DNA from: Podarcis erhardii
Lineage: Eukaryota
Strand: one strand, 5' to 3'
NCBI GenBank assembly: GCA_964252035.1
Contig: OZ176208.1
Length of the DNA stretch: 64,000 nucleotides
Part shown: piece by piece, positions 51,086-62,666 of the stretch
Numbering within the stretch: the stretch's first letter is position 1
Layout of the letters: each line of letters opens with the position of its first letter
Position numbers and translations under genes: made by a program
Notes under the pieces: generated by a model
What the model was told of the DNA's origin: nothing
The model's database searches: none
The model's input: only the letters and a program-made list of their open reading frames with translations

Positions 51086-51264
51086 CTTTTCAAATATATG
51101 ACTGCAGAATATTCTCATTCTTTCGTGGTACACATTTTATTCATTTGAACTACTGTCCAGATTTTGGTGATCTATTGATGTTGCTGAATTACTATTTTAT
51201 AGATGGCCTCTGTTAATTTACAGACTTTGTGTAATTTCCAGGCGGCTTATCATCCCTGTAGGGA

Positions 51265-51610
51265 GAGGGTGGTGCAGTGGTCTAAACCACTCTTGGGCTT
51301 GCTGGTCAGAAGGTTGGCAGTTTGAGTCTACATGACGGGTTGAGCTCCCGTTGCTCTGTCCTAGTTCCTGCCAACCTAGCAGTTTGAAAGCATACCAGCG
51401 GGAGGAGATAAATAGGTATTGCTGCAGCGGGAAGGTAAACAAGGTTTCCATGTGCTCTGGCACTCATTATGGTGTCCTGTTGTGCCAGAAGTGGTTTAGT
51501 CATGCTGACCACATGACCTGGAAAGCAGTCTGTGGACAAACACTGGCTCCCTCGGCCTGAAGTGAGATGAGCACTGCACCCCATAATCAAGTTTGACTGG
51601 ACCTAACCAT
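51265..51610 (+). mobile_element. Sauria SINE (divergent subfamily)
   Basis: ggtggtgcagtggtctaaaccac head, ctgccaacctagcagtttgaaagc body, tgactggacc end. Confidence 0.88.
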
Positions 51611-52999
51611 CCCCATCTCTGGCCTAATGCAGAGTCTGCCAACATGATCTTGCTTCCCCACCATACATCTCCCAAATGCATGAAGCTAAAGGTGAGAATA
51701 GCCAATAATACAAATAAGAAATAAGAAAGTGGTTACTTTGACCACCACAGCTATCGCCTATTGCTGCACTGGAGATATATCTTGAAGTTACAAGGCTTAA
51801 TTCAAAAGTATTTTGTTTGCTGAGCCCCTGTGCGATCCTGGTTGATTATTGTGGATAGCTCTGATTTCCCAGCTGGTTTGGTACATACTCGGTTTATGTT
51901 GGAGGCATTTTTCTGATTCTCACTGAAAGCTGACCTTATGCTCCTTCAACAGCTATTTGCTCATTTTAACCTCCCTACAAAAGATTTTTTTCTTCTCTCT
52001 TCAGGTTGAGGCATTTCCCAAAATCTTTCTGGTATTAAATTACATCCTCCGTTCTCTTTTCTAGCAATATTGGTAAGAGAAAGAAATTGTAGTTAAAAGG
52101 ATTTCAGTATGGGTCAGCTTAAAAAAAAAAAAAAAAGCCTTAATAAAACGGTGCCACCACTGTGTATGAATTGGATCTTGATTTATTTTTAAGGGCTGTC
52201 AGATTTCATTTTGAGTCATATTCCATGTACAACTGGGAGTTTCAAAAATAACTTAAATAAATGACGTGGGAGAACATGACAGCAGTAACTTCCATGGGCT
52301 TTGAAAAGGCTGTCATGCCACCAAAGAGTGAGTGGGCCAAGTGGTAAATTCTAACCATGAAATAATCCTTTGGCAACTCTCTACCTCTGTCTAGTTCCTG
52401 TGGGCTCTTAATGATTGGGACTGTCCCTCCTCAGAATGTACACTTAGAATATACTTGAATCCTTCACACATGTTCAGCAAAATCTGGACACACAAAGCAT
52501 CTCAACATGCAAGCCACATTTTACGAGCAGAGAAGGGAGAATCAGAAGGGGACTCTGCCTTCTGTCTTTGATAACCAATTAAAATTGACTTAACAAGAGT
52601 ACCCCTTGTGTCTCACAACCTGAGGATTATTCCCCCCAAAACTGACTGCAAATACAACCTGTTTTTGCCTTTCACACACTTGATACATGAAATTCTTATG
52701 CACACTACGCAATCTATATTTTGTCAATAATTTGTATGCCCCTTAATGGGATTATTCATGACAGCCCCCCGCTTAAATCTCCCATATGTGCACCTTGTGA
52801 TACGAATTGAATGGTTCTTTAATGCTATAAATGTCACTCTTAGATATGTTGCATTGGCTCAAGTTGACTTTAAATTGGATTAGTGGCTTAACTCCCTTGC
52901 TAGAATATTTGTAACTTAAATTGACAGCAAGTCTTTTCCTTATAAAATGTATACTGTGGTCCCTTTTGTATTTCAATATGCAGTGCAATATGCTAATGC

Positions 53000-53320
53000 G
53001 GCAGAAGACAGACTCGGGATTCAGGATGACTTTAACAAATTGGAGAAGTGAGCCAAAACTAATGAAATGAATTTCAATAGGAACAAATGCAAGGTTCTGC
53101 ACTTAGGCAGGAAGAACCAGCTGCATCAGTATAAGATGGGGAACACCTGGCTTGCCAGTAGTACATGTGAAAAGGATCTAGGGGTCCAAAACGACAAACT
53201 TAACATGAGCCTCTCTCATTCTTTTATTGGCATATAGCTTCACATAAGTCAACAGTGTGATGCAGCAGCTAAAAAAAGCTAATGCTATTCTAGGCTGAAT
53301 CAACAGTTTAGTATCTTGAT
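53000..53320 (+). mobile_element. Old CR1 RT C-terminal fragment
   Basis: QDDFNKLEK*AKTNEMNFNRNKCKVLHLGRKN..., SQQCDAAAKKAN. Confidence 0.88.
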
Positions 53321-53421
53321 CAATACATGATATAGTCCATAGATTAAATGTGCATTACAACACATATATTTGTGAAAATAACATAAGGAAAATAGATTTG
53401 TGAAAAATGAGAATAGTAGGT

Positions 53422-53760
53422 AGGGTTGCCATATTTCAAAAATTGTTGAGATTTTTTGCAAAATCTTGAGCTATTTTTAAGGAAATTCACCCAAATCTAG
53501 ACTTCTGACAGGGGTGGCCATACAACATTTCAGCGATTTCTGTCTGGGCACTGTTTCTGGCTACAGTATTTCGGAAAATTCCAGATGTATGGCAACACAT
53601 CTAATGTGCATCTAATGAGAAATTCGTAGTAAAATGCAGTTGAGCTTTTATGAGGACTTTCAAAAAAACACTTCCACAGACAGATGAGGAACTGTGAAGA
53701 ACTGAATTTAAGATTGGCAAAAACAAGAAGCTGAGAGGAACTCAGATTGACAGATTTGCC
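53422..53760. mobile_element. hAT-like MITE (TAGGGTTGCCA terminus)
   Basis: Inverted relative of 48022-48260. Confidence 0.55.
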
Positions 53761-53799
53761 CATCTAACCACCACCATTAAATAACTTAAGTATTTACGC

Positions 53800-53902
53800 T
53801 AAGGTTACCAGATTTTTTTCAATGAATCCAGGGACACTTTTCAGCTTCAATGGATTTTGTTTGGGGACTGTCCCCGGGAAACGGGGACGTCTGATAACCT
53901 TA
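53800..53902. mobile_element. 103-bp hAT MITE with 8-bp TSD
   Basis: TIR taaggttaccaga / tctgataacctta. TSD atttacgc/atttatgc. Confidence 0.85.
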
Positions 53903-54740
53903 ATTTATGCTCAAATTATAATGTTAGTCATACTCGAGAGTAGCCCCATCGAAATAAATGGACTTAATAAGTAACTCAAGTTCGTTGATCTATTTTGAGA
54001 ATGACATAGTTGGATGTCAGTCCCTGTGTTTGTGCTGTGCCAATTTTCTATAGACGGCTGTTTGACATTGGTGGTTAAAACCCATTAATTGGTGCTTGCC
54101 ACAAAAACCCTTGTATTGTCTTTCCAATTTTACTGCTTGTTTTCTTTAGCCATTCGAAATGTCATGTGAAGTTAAAAACAAATGACAGGATGGGTAAGGG
54201 AAATGCAATTTAAACGACTTTTCTTAGATCACTCCGGTTGCAGCAGTGCATTAATTTTCTTTAGTTTCCATTTCTTTCCAGTTCTCTTCACTCTTTAATC
54301 CTTCCCTGTATTCTACAATGTAACTCGCTGTCTCTAATGAGGAGGAATGAAATCAGGGTGGGTTGTTTTTTTTGCTAATGGGAACCTGGTAAATGTATGC
54401 CAAACTGCCTTAGTGTAGATTCCGAAGAAATAATTTTAAAAAGAGGCCATTTCTCAGTAAGTTTAATGAAGAAAGAATAGAGGGCTAATAAGGTTTTGAT
54501 TTCTTCCTTTTTTTACAATAGTGCTGTGTAGTCACGGCTTTAGGTTTCAGAAGCCATTAGCAAGCATCTCCCACATATAAATACAGAAAAAGCACCCTCT
54601 GTGTTGCCAGTCTGCTACCCTGGTAGTCCAAATAATGCTTTATTGGAAGGACTACCAATTTATTTTAACAAGAGCTTAATTCTACAGGCTTACCTTCTCA
54701 TTAATTGTGTCTTCTATTCAGGAGAGGGAACCAAGTGTTG

Positions 54741-55078
54741 CATAGCCTCTAACATTTCTCTGATGAAAATAGGGACATCCTATTCAATAATAATTATTGT
54801 TGTTGTTATTTTACTATTTATACCCCACCCACCTGCCTGGGTTGCTCCAGCCACTCTGGGCGGCTTCCAATATGCATATAAACATAATAAAACATAATAA
54901 AAAAAGGACTGCCTTCAGACAGCTTGGGAGGTCAGATAACTCCATACCTGCCAACATTTCTCCGATGATAATAGGGACTTCCTAAGGAAAAGCAAGACAT
55001 TCCAGGGTCAAAATGGAAACCAGAATGGCTTCTGTAAATCCAGCTATCCCTGGAAAATAGGAACACTTGGAGGGTCTG
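54741..55078. mobile_element. Composite DNA-type repeat carrying an L2 3' end
   Basis: An approximately 38-bp direct repeat (54741, 54943) flanks a minus-strand L2 3' end. Terminus ...cacttggagggtctg. Confidence 0.55.
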
Positions 55079-55538
55079 GCATTGCATCTTGGAGTTTACT
55101 CTGCCTCAAGATGTACTCAAGGACCTCAGTTTCTATAACTCTCACCCTGCCCAGCACCATCTATATTACTTCACTCAAGCCTGTGATGTTGGAAGGCTGA
55201 CAGTTCAGTCATGTACATTGTCTACTCAGAAGTCCCAATGAGCTCACTGGGCCTTAGTCCCAGGAAAGCAAGTATAAGATTGCAGCCTCGGTGTATTTTC
55301 CCTGAACCTTTCTGAGCATTGCAGACCAGGTGGGGGGGGGAGGTTTTAAAGAGGAGAATTAGAGGTTTGTCTGTTGGAGTTTTAAATTTATTCAAAAGAG
55401 GGCTAAGAAGCTGCTTTACTTACAACCAAATCTGATACACCTTTCTAAGAAGAGAAAAACATGTCTGCATGGCATAAACACAGAGCCCAGAAAGCTGTAC
55501 TAGACTGAGTCAGACCATTGGTGAATTGAACTCAGTAT

Positions 55539-55625
55539 TGTTAGAATTCCTACTCCGTGGTTGCAGTCATGGGATTTTTGTCCTTCACATGATGTATGTT
55601 TTGACTCCACAAAGTGGGAAGTGAC
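55539..55625 (+). mobile_element. 87-bp LTR 5' fragment (37496/43417 family)
   Basis: tgttagaattcctactccgtggttgcagtcatggg...aagtgac, flanked by gtat direct repeats. Confidence 0.8.
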
Positions 55626-55636
55626 GTATTGTCTAC

Positions 55637-56084
55637 CGGTGGTGTAGGGTGGGTTGCCAGTGACTGGGACTGCACCAGTGGCGTAGTGTGGGTTGTCAGC
55701 ACCCAGGGCAAGGCAAGTAATTTGTGCCCCCTAACCCGTGGATTTGTTGCTCCCGGTGCAGCCGCCCCCCCCTGCACCCCCACGCTACGCCACTGGACTG
55801 CACAGAGGGGGTTGGGAGGGAAACAGATGGAATATGCATGTGCATTCAACTGCCTAATGGTTTCTGCATCACCGAGGCAATTGCAGCCACAGAGATAAGA
55901 AAAGGAGCCATTCTGTTGTCTGGAAAGGTCACTTCCTGGTTCACATGGAAAAGCCATTTTCAGTGGAGCCCAGCAACAGAAGCACACAGCTGTATTGATG
56001 CAGCACTGGGCATTGAAATTTTGTGCCACTAACAATTTTGCACCCAGGGCAACCTCCCCTGTGGCCTCCTTTGGTACGCCACTG
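55637..56084. mobile_element. hAT MITE (outer) with 8-bp TSD
   Basis: cggtggtgtag...gtacgccactg. TSD ttgtctac/ttgcctac. Confidence 0.8.
55676..55795. mobile_element. hAT MITE (inner, 120 bp) with perfect TIR and TSD
   Basis: TIR cagtggcgtag/ctacgccactg. TSD gactgcac on both sides. Confidence 0.92.
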
Positions 56085-56238
56085 TTGCCTACACAGATTG
56101 GCTGAGGCTCTTCAGGCTTTCAGATGGGAGTTTCTCATAGATGTACATAGAGATGCGAGGAATTGCACCCGGGATTTTTGCCATGTAAAGCAGATGCTCT
56201 CCCCCTATGGGAAAAAAATAGCCTGGACAAGTGACATA

Positions 56239-56399
56239 TCACAGAATTGTAGAACTGTGGAGTTGGAAGGGATCTCGAGGGTCATCTAGTCCAATCCCTT
56301 GCAATGCTGGAATCCTGTCCATAGGCGTCCTTGGGTGGACTTGAACCACCAGCCTTCTGGTTAAGAGCGTGATGCTCTGACTCATTGCACCGCTGAAGA
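56239..56399 (-). mobile_element. Short SINE-like chimera: tRNA-like head + CR1 3' tail
   Basis: Minus strand: cagcggtgcaatgagtcagagcatcacgctcttaaccagaaggctggtggttcaagtccacccaaggacg (A and B boxes), then gattccagcattgcaagggattggactagatgaccctcgagatcccttccaactcc...attctgtgat. Confidence 0.7.
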
Positions 56400-57299
56400 G
56401 AACTTAGTGTGTGTGTTCTAGCTCAGAGTGACACCCAGTTCCCTACATTCACTGAAGACATGAAACTGAAATTAAGGCAGTGTAGTGTTAAGAGCTAACA
56501 CATTTGTTCAAATACACTACATATTGTTTAGGAAGTACAATAGACCCTTTATCATGCAAGTCACAAGAGGACTGAACACACCGCAGTGGAATCTGTAGGC
56601 TGCGGTTGCTGACAGAGGGCCCTTCTGAATGATAGATGGCCGGGTTTCCCAGCTTTGCCTGCTGGATCCAAGGAAAGCATTTTCTTATTAAATGGTCAGA
56701 GTTAGGCTATCAAAGGCTTTCAGTCAGGAATCCCCACAAAGCACAACTTAAACACAAAAGCTGAAAAGGGCGAGTTTGGTGCTGTTCTGCCGGAGCTTTC
56801 TCAGGCTTGCCAAAGGGTTAGTGAAGATGAGGTGTCAGTTCTATTCTGTCTGAATTTGTGTGGAATTGGCCATGATAGAGGAAGGGAAAGATGGGCGTAT
56901 ATATTGTGCCACTCTAAAGGTATGAGCCCTGCTGGATAAAACTGCAGCTTCAAAGCAAATATGTCTTGTCCATAGAGATGGACAAATCTATGTGCTTCTG
57001 GTTTGCTTCTCTTTCACATATTTTCCCCTATAATTCTATTGCATTAATATTTGGGGATATATACATGCACACACATGCATGCACACAGGTGCACACATAA
57101 ATATGTATGCAAGTACACATTAAAATGTGCATTTTCTAAGTTGGATTCAGATGTTTACTTTCCCTCTCACTCATATGTATTTAAATGTGCCCTTTTCCAA
57201 AATGTATGTTTGTGGATTGTATGATATATTCTAAGCTGTGACGCACCATTTAAAGGACAGCAAAACTGGATCAATAAGTTGCAATCCAATAATAATAAT

Positions 57300-57400
57300 G
57301 AGGATAATAATATACCCCGTCCATCTGGCTGGGTTGCCCCATCCACTCTGGGCAGCTTTCAACACATATAAAAACATAACAAAACATCAAACATTAAAAA
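57300..57400 (-). mobile_element. L2 extreme 3' end
   Basis: tataccccgtccatctggctgggttgccccatccactctgggcagcttt. Confidence 0.8.
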
Positions 57401-58534
57401 CATGAATTTGACAAGTGCAAATCAGGTCATTTCAAACTGGAATTTGCAAATATCAAATTTTCCAAACATTTCCAATTGTATATGAATTTCATTTACCTTG
57501 CATTAACAAAAAAGAAAATCTGCAATAGGAAATGATGTCATTTTCTAATTCTAAGTATACTGGAATTAGTTCTCCCCCCCCCCCCGCCAGTTTCCCATAA
57601 TAATTCTAATTCTTTTCTTTGTATGCTGCCTTCCCATAGTTAAAACCATGCTCAAGGCAGCTTACACCATGACAAGATTTACATAATTACGAACCTAACA
57701 AAAGTCATAAACAACAAATAAAACACATTAAGTGTACACAACCAAATTGACGTAATTTCCACATAATCATTAGAAGATCTAATATCAACAATACAAAAAT
57801 TAATAACAGCAGCAACAAACCCCAATGAAAACCCCTGAACAATAATCCAGCCTAAGGATTTCTTCAGCAGTTTTTGTAGCTGGAATCGATCAGGGCCCCA
57901 GTCTCCCAGGCCTGATGCGGGTGGGGGAGACCTGCAAGGCAGAGAGCAAGGGTGGATTTGCACATAGGAAATAACACTATAAATAAGTCAGAAATTAAAT
58001 CACTATAATAAAAGAAAAGAAAAGCGCTATGTAAAAATCGCATATATATTTTTTTGCTCTCTGGCACCATCTGGTGTTGCATGTTCATAATGAATTCAAA
58101 ATGTTGGGTTTTTTGTGTTTTTTGTTCTTTTTACAAATGTAGCTGAGTCCAGGTCTTCCTGAACTCACAGCCAAGACTGTCTCTGGCTTCTTCAGCAGCC
58201 TCAGCTTTTGTAGCTGGAGTTAGTTTATTTCTCATTTGATATAAGCTTGAAAAGGTGGAACATGTTTAGCAAGAGCTGCATTCTACTTGCAGCTTTATTA
58301 ATGTGATGCTGTTGTTACCCTTTCCATCACAAGTACTCTCCAAGTAATATACATATGGCAGGCCTCTGAGGTTGCTGCAATAGAGCGGGCCATGATTGCA
58401 GTGTTAAGGTTTAATTCTGTACCAGGGTGCCGACTTCACCAAGCAATCCAAGGCTTTGTCAAAATAAAGAGACATGTGACAGTGACAATATCAGCTGCAA
58501 AACCCATAAAGTACATTTAAAAGCAGCAATAAAA

Positions 58535-58760
58535 GCCTGTGTGCTGTAGTGGTCAGCTAGACCGAACTATCACCTGGGAGATGCGATTTCAAATCCCATC
58601 TTGGCCAAGGCCATGAAGCTCACTGGGTCACCTTGGGTGAATCACTGCCTCTCACCCTAGTCTACCTTTCAGGGTTGTTGTAGGGATTAAATGAGGAAGA
58701 GGAGAACCATGTATTCCACCTTGAGCTCCTTGAACAAAACAGTGGAATATAGATGCAATC
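58535..58760 (+). mobile_element. Old CORE-type tRNA SINE (Squam3/MIR-like)
   Basis: tgtagtggtcag A box, ttcaaatccc B box, and a gctcactgggtcaccttggg CORE-like segment. Confidence 0.7.
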
Positions 58761-58894
58761 AAATAGTAAGTAAGTAGTAAAATAATAGAGATGTAAATAA
58801 AAATTCAAATGGATGAAAATCATCTAAATGTGAGAGCAAGTTTCCATATGATGGAAACTCATTACTGTTGTAGATATCCATGCCACCCCATTGC

Positions 58895-59275
58895 TATGGG
58901 TGGCACTGTGGTCTAAACCACTGAGCCTCTTGGGCTCACCGATTAGAAGGTCGGCGGTTCAAATCCCTGTGATGGGGTGAGCTCCTGTTGCTCTGTCCCA
59001 GCTCCTGCCAACCTAGCAGTTCAAAAGCATACCAGTTCAAGTAGATAAATAGGTACCGCTGTGGTGGGAATGTAAATGGCATTTCCATGCGCTCTTGCTT
59101 CCATCATCGTGTTCCATTGCACCAGAAGCAGTTTAGTCCTACTGGCCACATGACCCAGAAAGCTGTCTGTGGACAAACGCCGGCTCCCTCGGCCTGAAAG
59201 TGCGATGAGCGCTGCAACCCCATAGTTGCCTTTGACTGGACTGAACTGTCCAGGGTTCCTTTAGCTTTTACCTAT
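58895..59275 (+). mobile_element. Sauria SINE (same subfamily as 51265)
   Basis: gggtggcactgtggtctaaaccactgagcc head, typical body, tttagcttttacc tail. Confidence 0.9.
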
Positions 59276-60687
59276 TCCAAGTCTCCATGCAATGAGACTT
59301 GGTAGGAACAAAAGCAGGTTGCCAAACGATGAGTTTGAGATCTTTAACATTTCCCTCAAGTACATAGGGGTAAGACCTCGGACTAAGCCTTTTCTGTTTC
59401 CTAAAATTAATACAAGGAAGTGCTTGCACTCTCACACACCTAGTTTTTGTGATGCCCGAAATAGTAACAGACTTTCTTTGAGGCTACAGATTCAGTATTC
59501 CCCCGGGTATGCCCTACCAGGAGGGTCCATGACTGCTATGCCAAGGTTCAAGTCTCTATTATGGTGCTACTAATTCACCAAGGAATCTAAGGCTTATGTT
59601 AAGAGAAAGATGAAAGCTCGGAAGAATTGCTGGTGCTTCTGGAAACTAACTGTAGTAATTCTCTGAAAGATGATAGCCCTTTCTCCTCATGCCATTACGA
59701 AAAGCCATTACACAACTAAACTTAGCCCAGAGACATACATGTCTGCCGGGGCTTCAGTTACGCGTTTAGAATACGTTCGCGGTTCGCAGGCTTTCTTGAA
59801 AGAAATGTGTCTAATAGTGACCCTCAGGCCATCTCTCCCTGGGACTGCCGAATCCTGTTAGTGCTTTAATGTCTTAGAGAAATTGCTGAAGTTTTCTAAT
59901 CTGTCCCAAACCATCTTTCACTAGCAATAATGATGACACTGATTTAGAGTGTTTGACAGGCAGTACTTGTGAAGATTTTTATTTTTTAAAAAATAATTTT
60001 ATGACGTTAGTATTGGCGAGTCGAGTTTGGATAACATGGCCTTGGCCTAATAAGAAACATAAATGAAGTATTAGTCGCAATGTCCTTTCTTCTTGGGGGA
60101 TTGGGGGGTGTTTAGAATTTGTAGTGGGATTTTAGTCTTCGTAATCACAACTTGAAGAGATCATTCTCCTTTATGAATCAAAACATGAATTCTGGTGGCT
60201 ATTTGAAAAAAGCTGATAGGTTTTGTAGTGTGTGGGGGTTGTTGTTTTTTGCTTCCATCAAAGAATGAAATATAAATAGCATATGTGGAAACTGACATTT
60301 GCATACTGTCCAGCGTCTACAGACAAGCCTGGGTGCTATCCCCACTTATATTGCTCTGTATTTATTTAGCATTCAGCAGTCTACCGAGAGCTGACTTCTG
60401 AAGCAGGCATGTGAATAAAACAGCCACTCCAAGATTCCATTTCTAAAACTTGAGGATGGTATAACTTCATAAAAGGATCTGATTCTATTTAGCTGCAACT
60501 TGACTGTGGAATGAGAGTGGCAAAGAGATTTGAGTGTCAAACTAGGAATGGGGAGACCCATGTTCAAATCTTGACTCGGTCATCATGTGATTGCTGTTTT
60601 ATTGTATTTGGAGGGGAGGGGAAGCCTCAGTTTCAAAGAAGTACCTGTATCATTGGCAAGATTTCTCTTGGCTAGCTGAGCTAATAG

Positions 60688-60930
60688 GTAAAGGTAAAGA
60701 GACCCCTGACCATTAGGTCCAGTCGCGGACGACTCTGGGGTTGTGGCGCTCATCTCACTTTATTGGCCAAGGGAGCCGGCGTACAGGTTCTGGGTCACGT
60801 GGCCAGCATGACTAAGCCACTTCTGGCAAACCAGAGCAGCACATGGAAACGTCGTTTACCTTCCTGCTGGAGCGGTACCTATTTATCTACTTGCACTTTG
60901 ACGTGCTTTCGAACTTCTAGGTTGGCAGTT
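60688..60930 (-). mobile_element. 5'-truncated Sauria SINE
   Basis: ggtaaaggtaaagagacccctgaccattagg...ctaggttggcag, flanked by tgagctaat. Confidence 0.92.
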
Positions 60931-61865
60931 GAGCTAATTAGCTCGATTGAGCTAATATAAAATAAATGAATGAAATTGATTAAGGTCTATGCAGTTACTG
61001 TGTGAAAAGCACCTGAATTAGTCACGATGCCAACAATGCAAGGATATTGACTGGTGTCATTAACTGAATAATCACACTTCATATAGTTGAGTTTTATATG
61101 TGGAATGTCACTTGGAAATGCCATGTTTCTCATTCGGGAGATGGATGCAGATCATGCATTTGCATGTTTGTCGTTTTCATGTTGAAAAGCTAGCTTTGCA
61201 GAACACCTTATTTTAAAAAGGGACAACAGAGGCAAGCCTAGGTATGAAAGGTGGGCCGATGCAAACAAGGACAGGGCTCCTGCTCATTCAGTCATTGTGT
61301 AGCAGGAGATGTAGGGATTTCAGTAGGCTAGCAGGTCTTGTACTCTACACCTGCAGAAATTTCCTTCTCTGCTGCTACACAGCTATTCAAGGTGTAGGAG
61401 CTTGTTCAAAATAATAAAAACAAGGAAAAACAAAACAAACCCAAGTTTCAGGTTGCAGCTCCTTATTTCATTTTTATTTTTACTACAATTTGCTGTCCTG
61501 AGCATCATATTTCCTTGAGTTTTCACTGATCCTATGAAAGTCCAGTGGGGTCCTTTACAGAAAATGATTTGAGGAAAGCATACATTTCCTTTCCCCCTTG
61601 ATCTTTGGATAGCAGTCAAGGCTGCATACTCTTCTGAGAATGTTCTCACATCTTGTTCCGTTTTCGGACAATGGAAAAGCATCCAGACAGATGCAAATTG
61701 TGTTAACATCTGTGTCCCTCCAGATGTTTCAGGACTGCAGCATCCATCATCCCTGACCATTGGCCCTGCTGGCTAGGGCTGATGGGAGCCGGGAGTACAT
61801 CAACCTATGGAGAGAGCCACAGGTTCCTCACTCATGAGATTTGTAGATCTGCTGACGTTTCTGGA

Positions 61866-62618
61866 GGATGGCATCCCTGGTGAGGGACTCTCTGGTCCTG
61901 AATGGGGTAACTGTGCCCCTGAAGGACCAGGTGCGCAGCCTGGGAGTCATTTTGGACTCACAGATGTCCATGGAGGCGCAGGTTAATTCTGTGTCCAGGG
62001 CGGCTGTCTACCAGCTCCATCTGGTACGCAGGCTGAGACCCTATCTGCCAATGGACTGTCTCGCCATAGTGGTGCATGCTCTAGTTATCTCCCGCTTGGA
62101 CTACTGCAATGCGCTCTATGTGGGGCTACCTTTGAAGGTGACCCAGAAACTGCAATTAATCCAGAATGCGGCAGCTAGACTGGTGACTGGGAGTGGCCGC
62201 CGGGACCACATAACACTGGTCCTGAGAGATCTGCATTGGCTCCCAGTACGTTTCCGAGCACAATTCAAAGTGTTGGTGCTGACCTTTAAAGCCCTAAACG
62301 GCCTCGGTCCTGTATACCTGAAGGAGTGTCTCCACCCCCATCGTTCAGCCTGGACACTGAGATCCAGCACCGAGGGCCTTCTGGCGGTTCCCTCATTACG
62401 AGAAGTGAGGTTACAGGGAACCAGACAGTGTGCCTTCTTGGTAGTGGCGCCCGACCTGTGGAACGCCCTCCCTTCAGATGTGAAGGAAATAAGCAGCTAT
62501 CTTCTTTTTAAAAGACATCTGAAGGCAGCCCTGTTTAGGGAAGTTTTTAATATTTAATGCTGTATAGCTTTTAACACTTGATTGGAAGCTGCCCAGAGTG
62601 GCGGGGTATAAATAATAA

Positions 62619-62664
<46 letters not shown>
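61866..62664 (+). mobile_element. Young L2 LINE 3' fragment with an open 229-aa ORF2 C-terminus and (TTA)n tail
   Basis: ...DQVRSLGVILDS...LDYCNALYVGLP...QNAAARLVTG...RFRAQFKVLVLTFKAL...HLKAALFREVFNI. (TTA)n run at 62620-62664. Confidence 0.97.

Positions 62665-62666
<2 letters not shown>

Noticed and set aside
56326-56399. Functional tRNA gene
   Set aside because: The acceptor and anticodon stems do not pair well, the Asn/Lys identity elements are mixed, and it is fused to a CR1 tail; treated as a SINE head or pseudogene.
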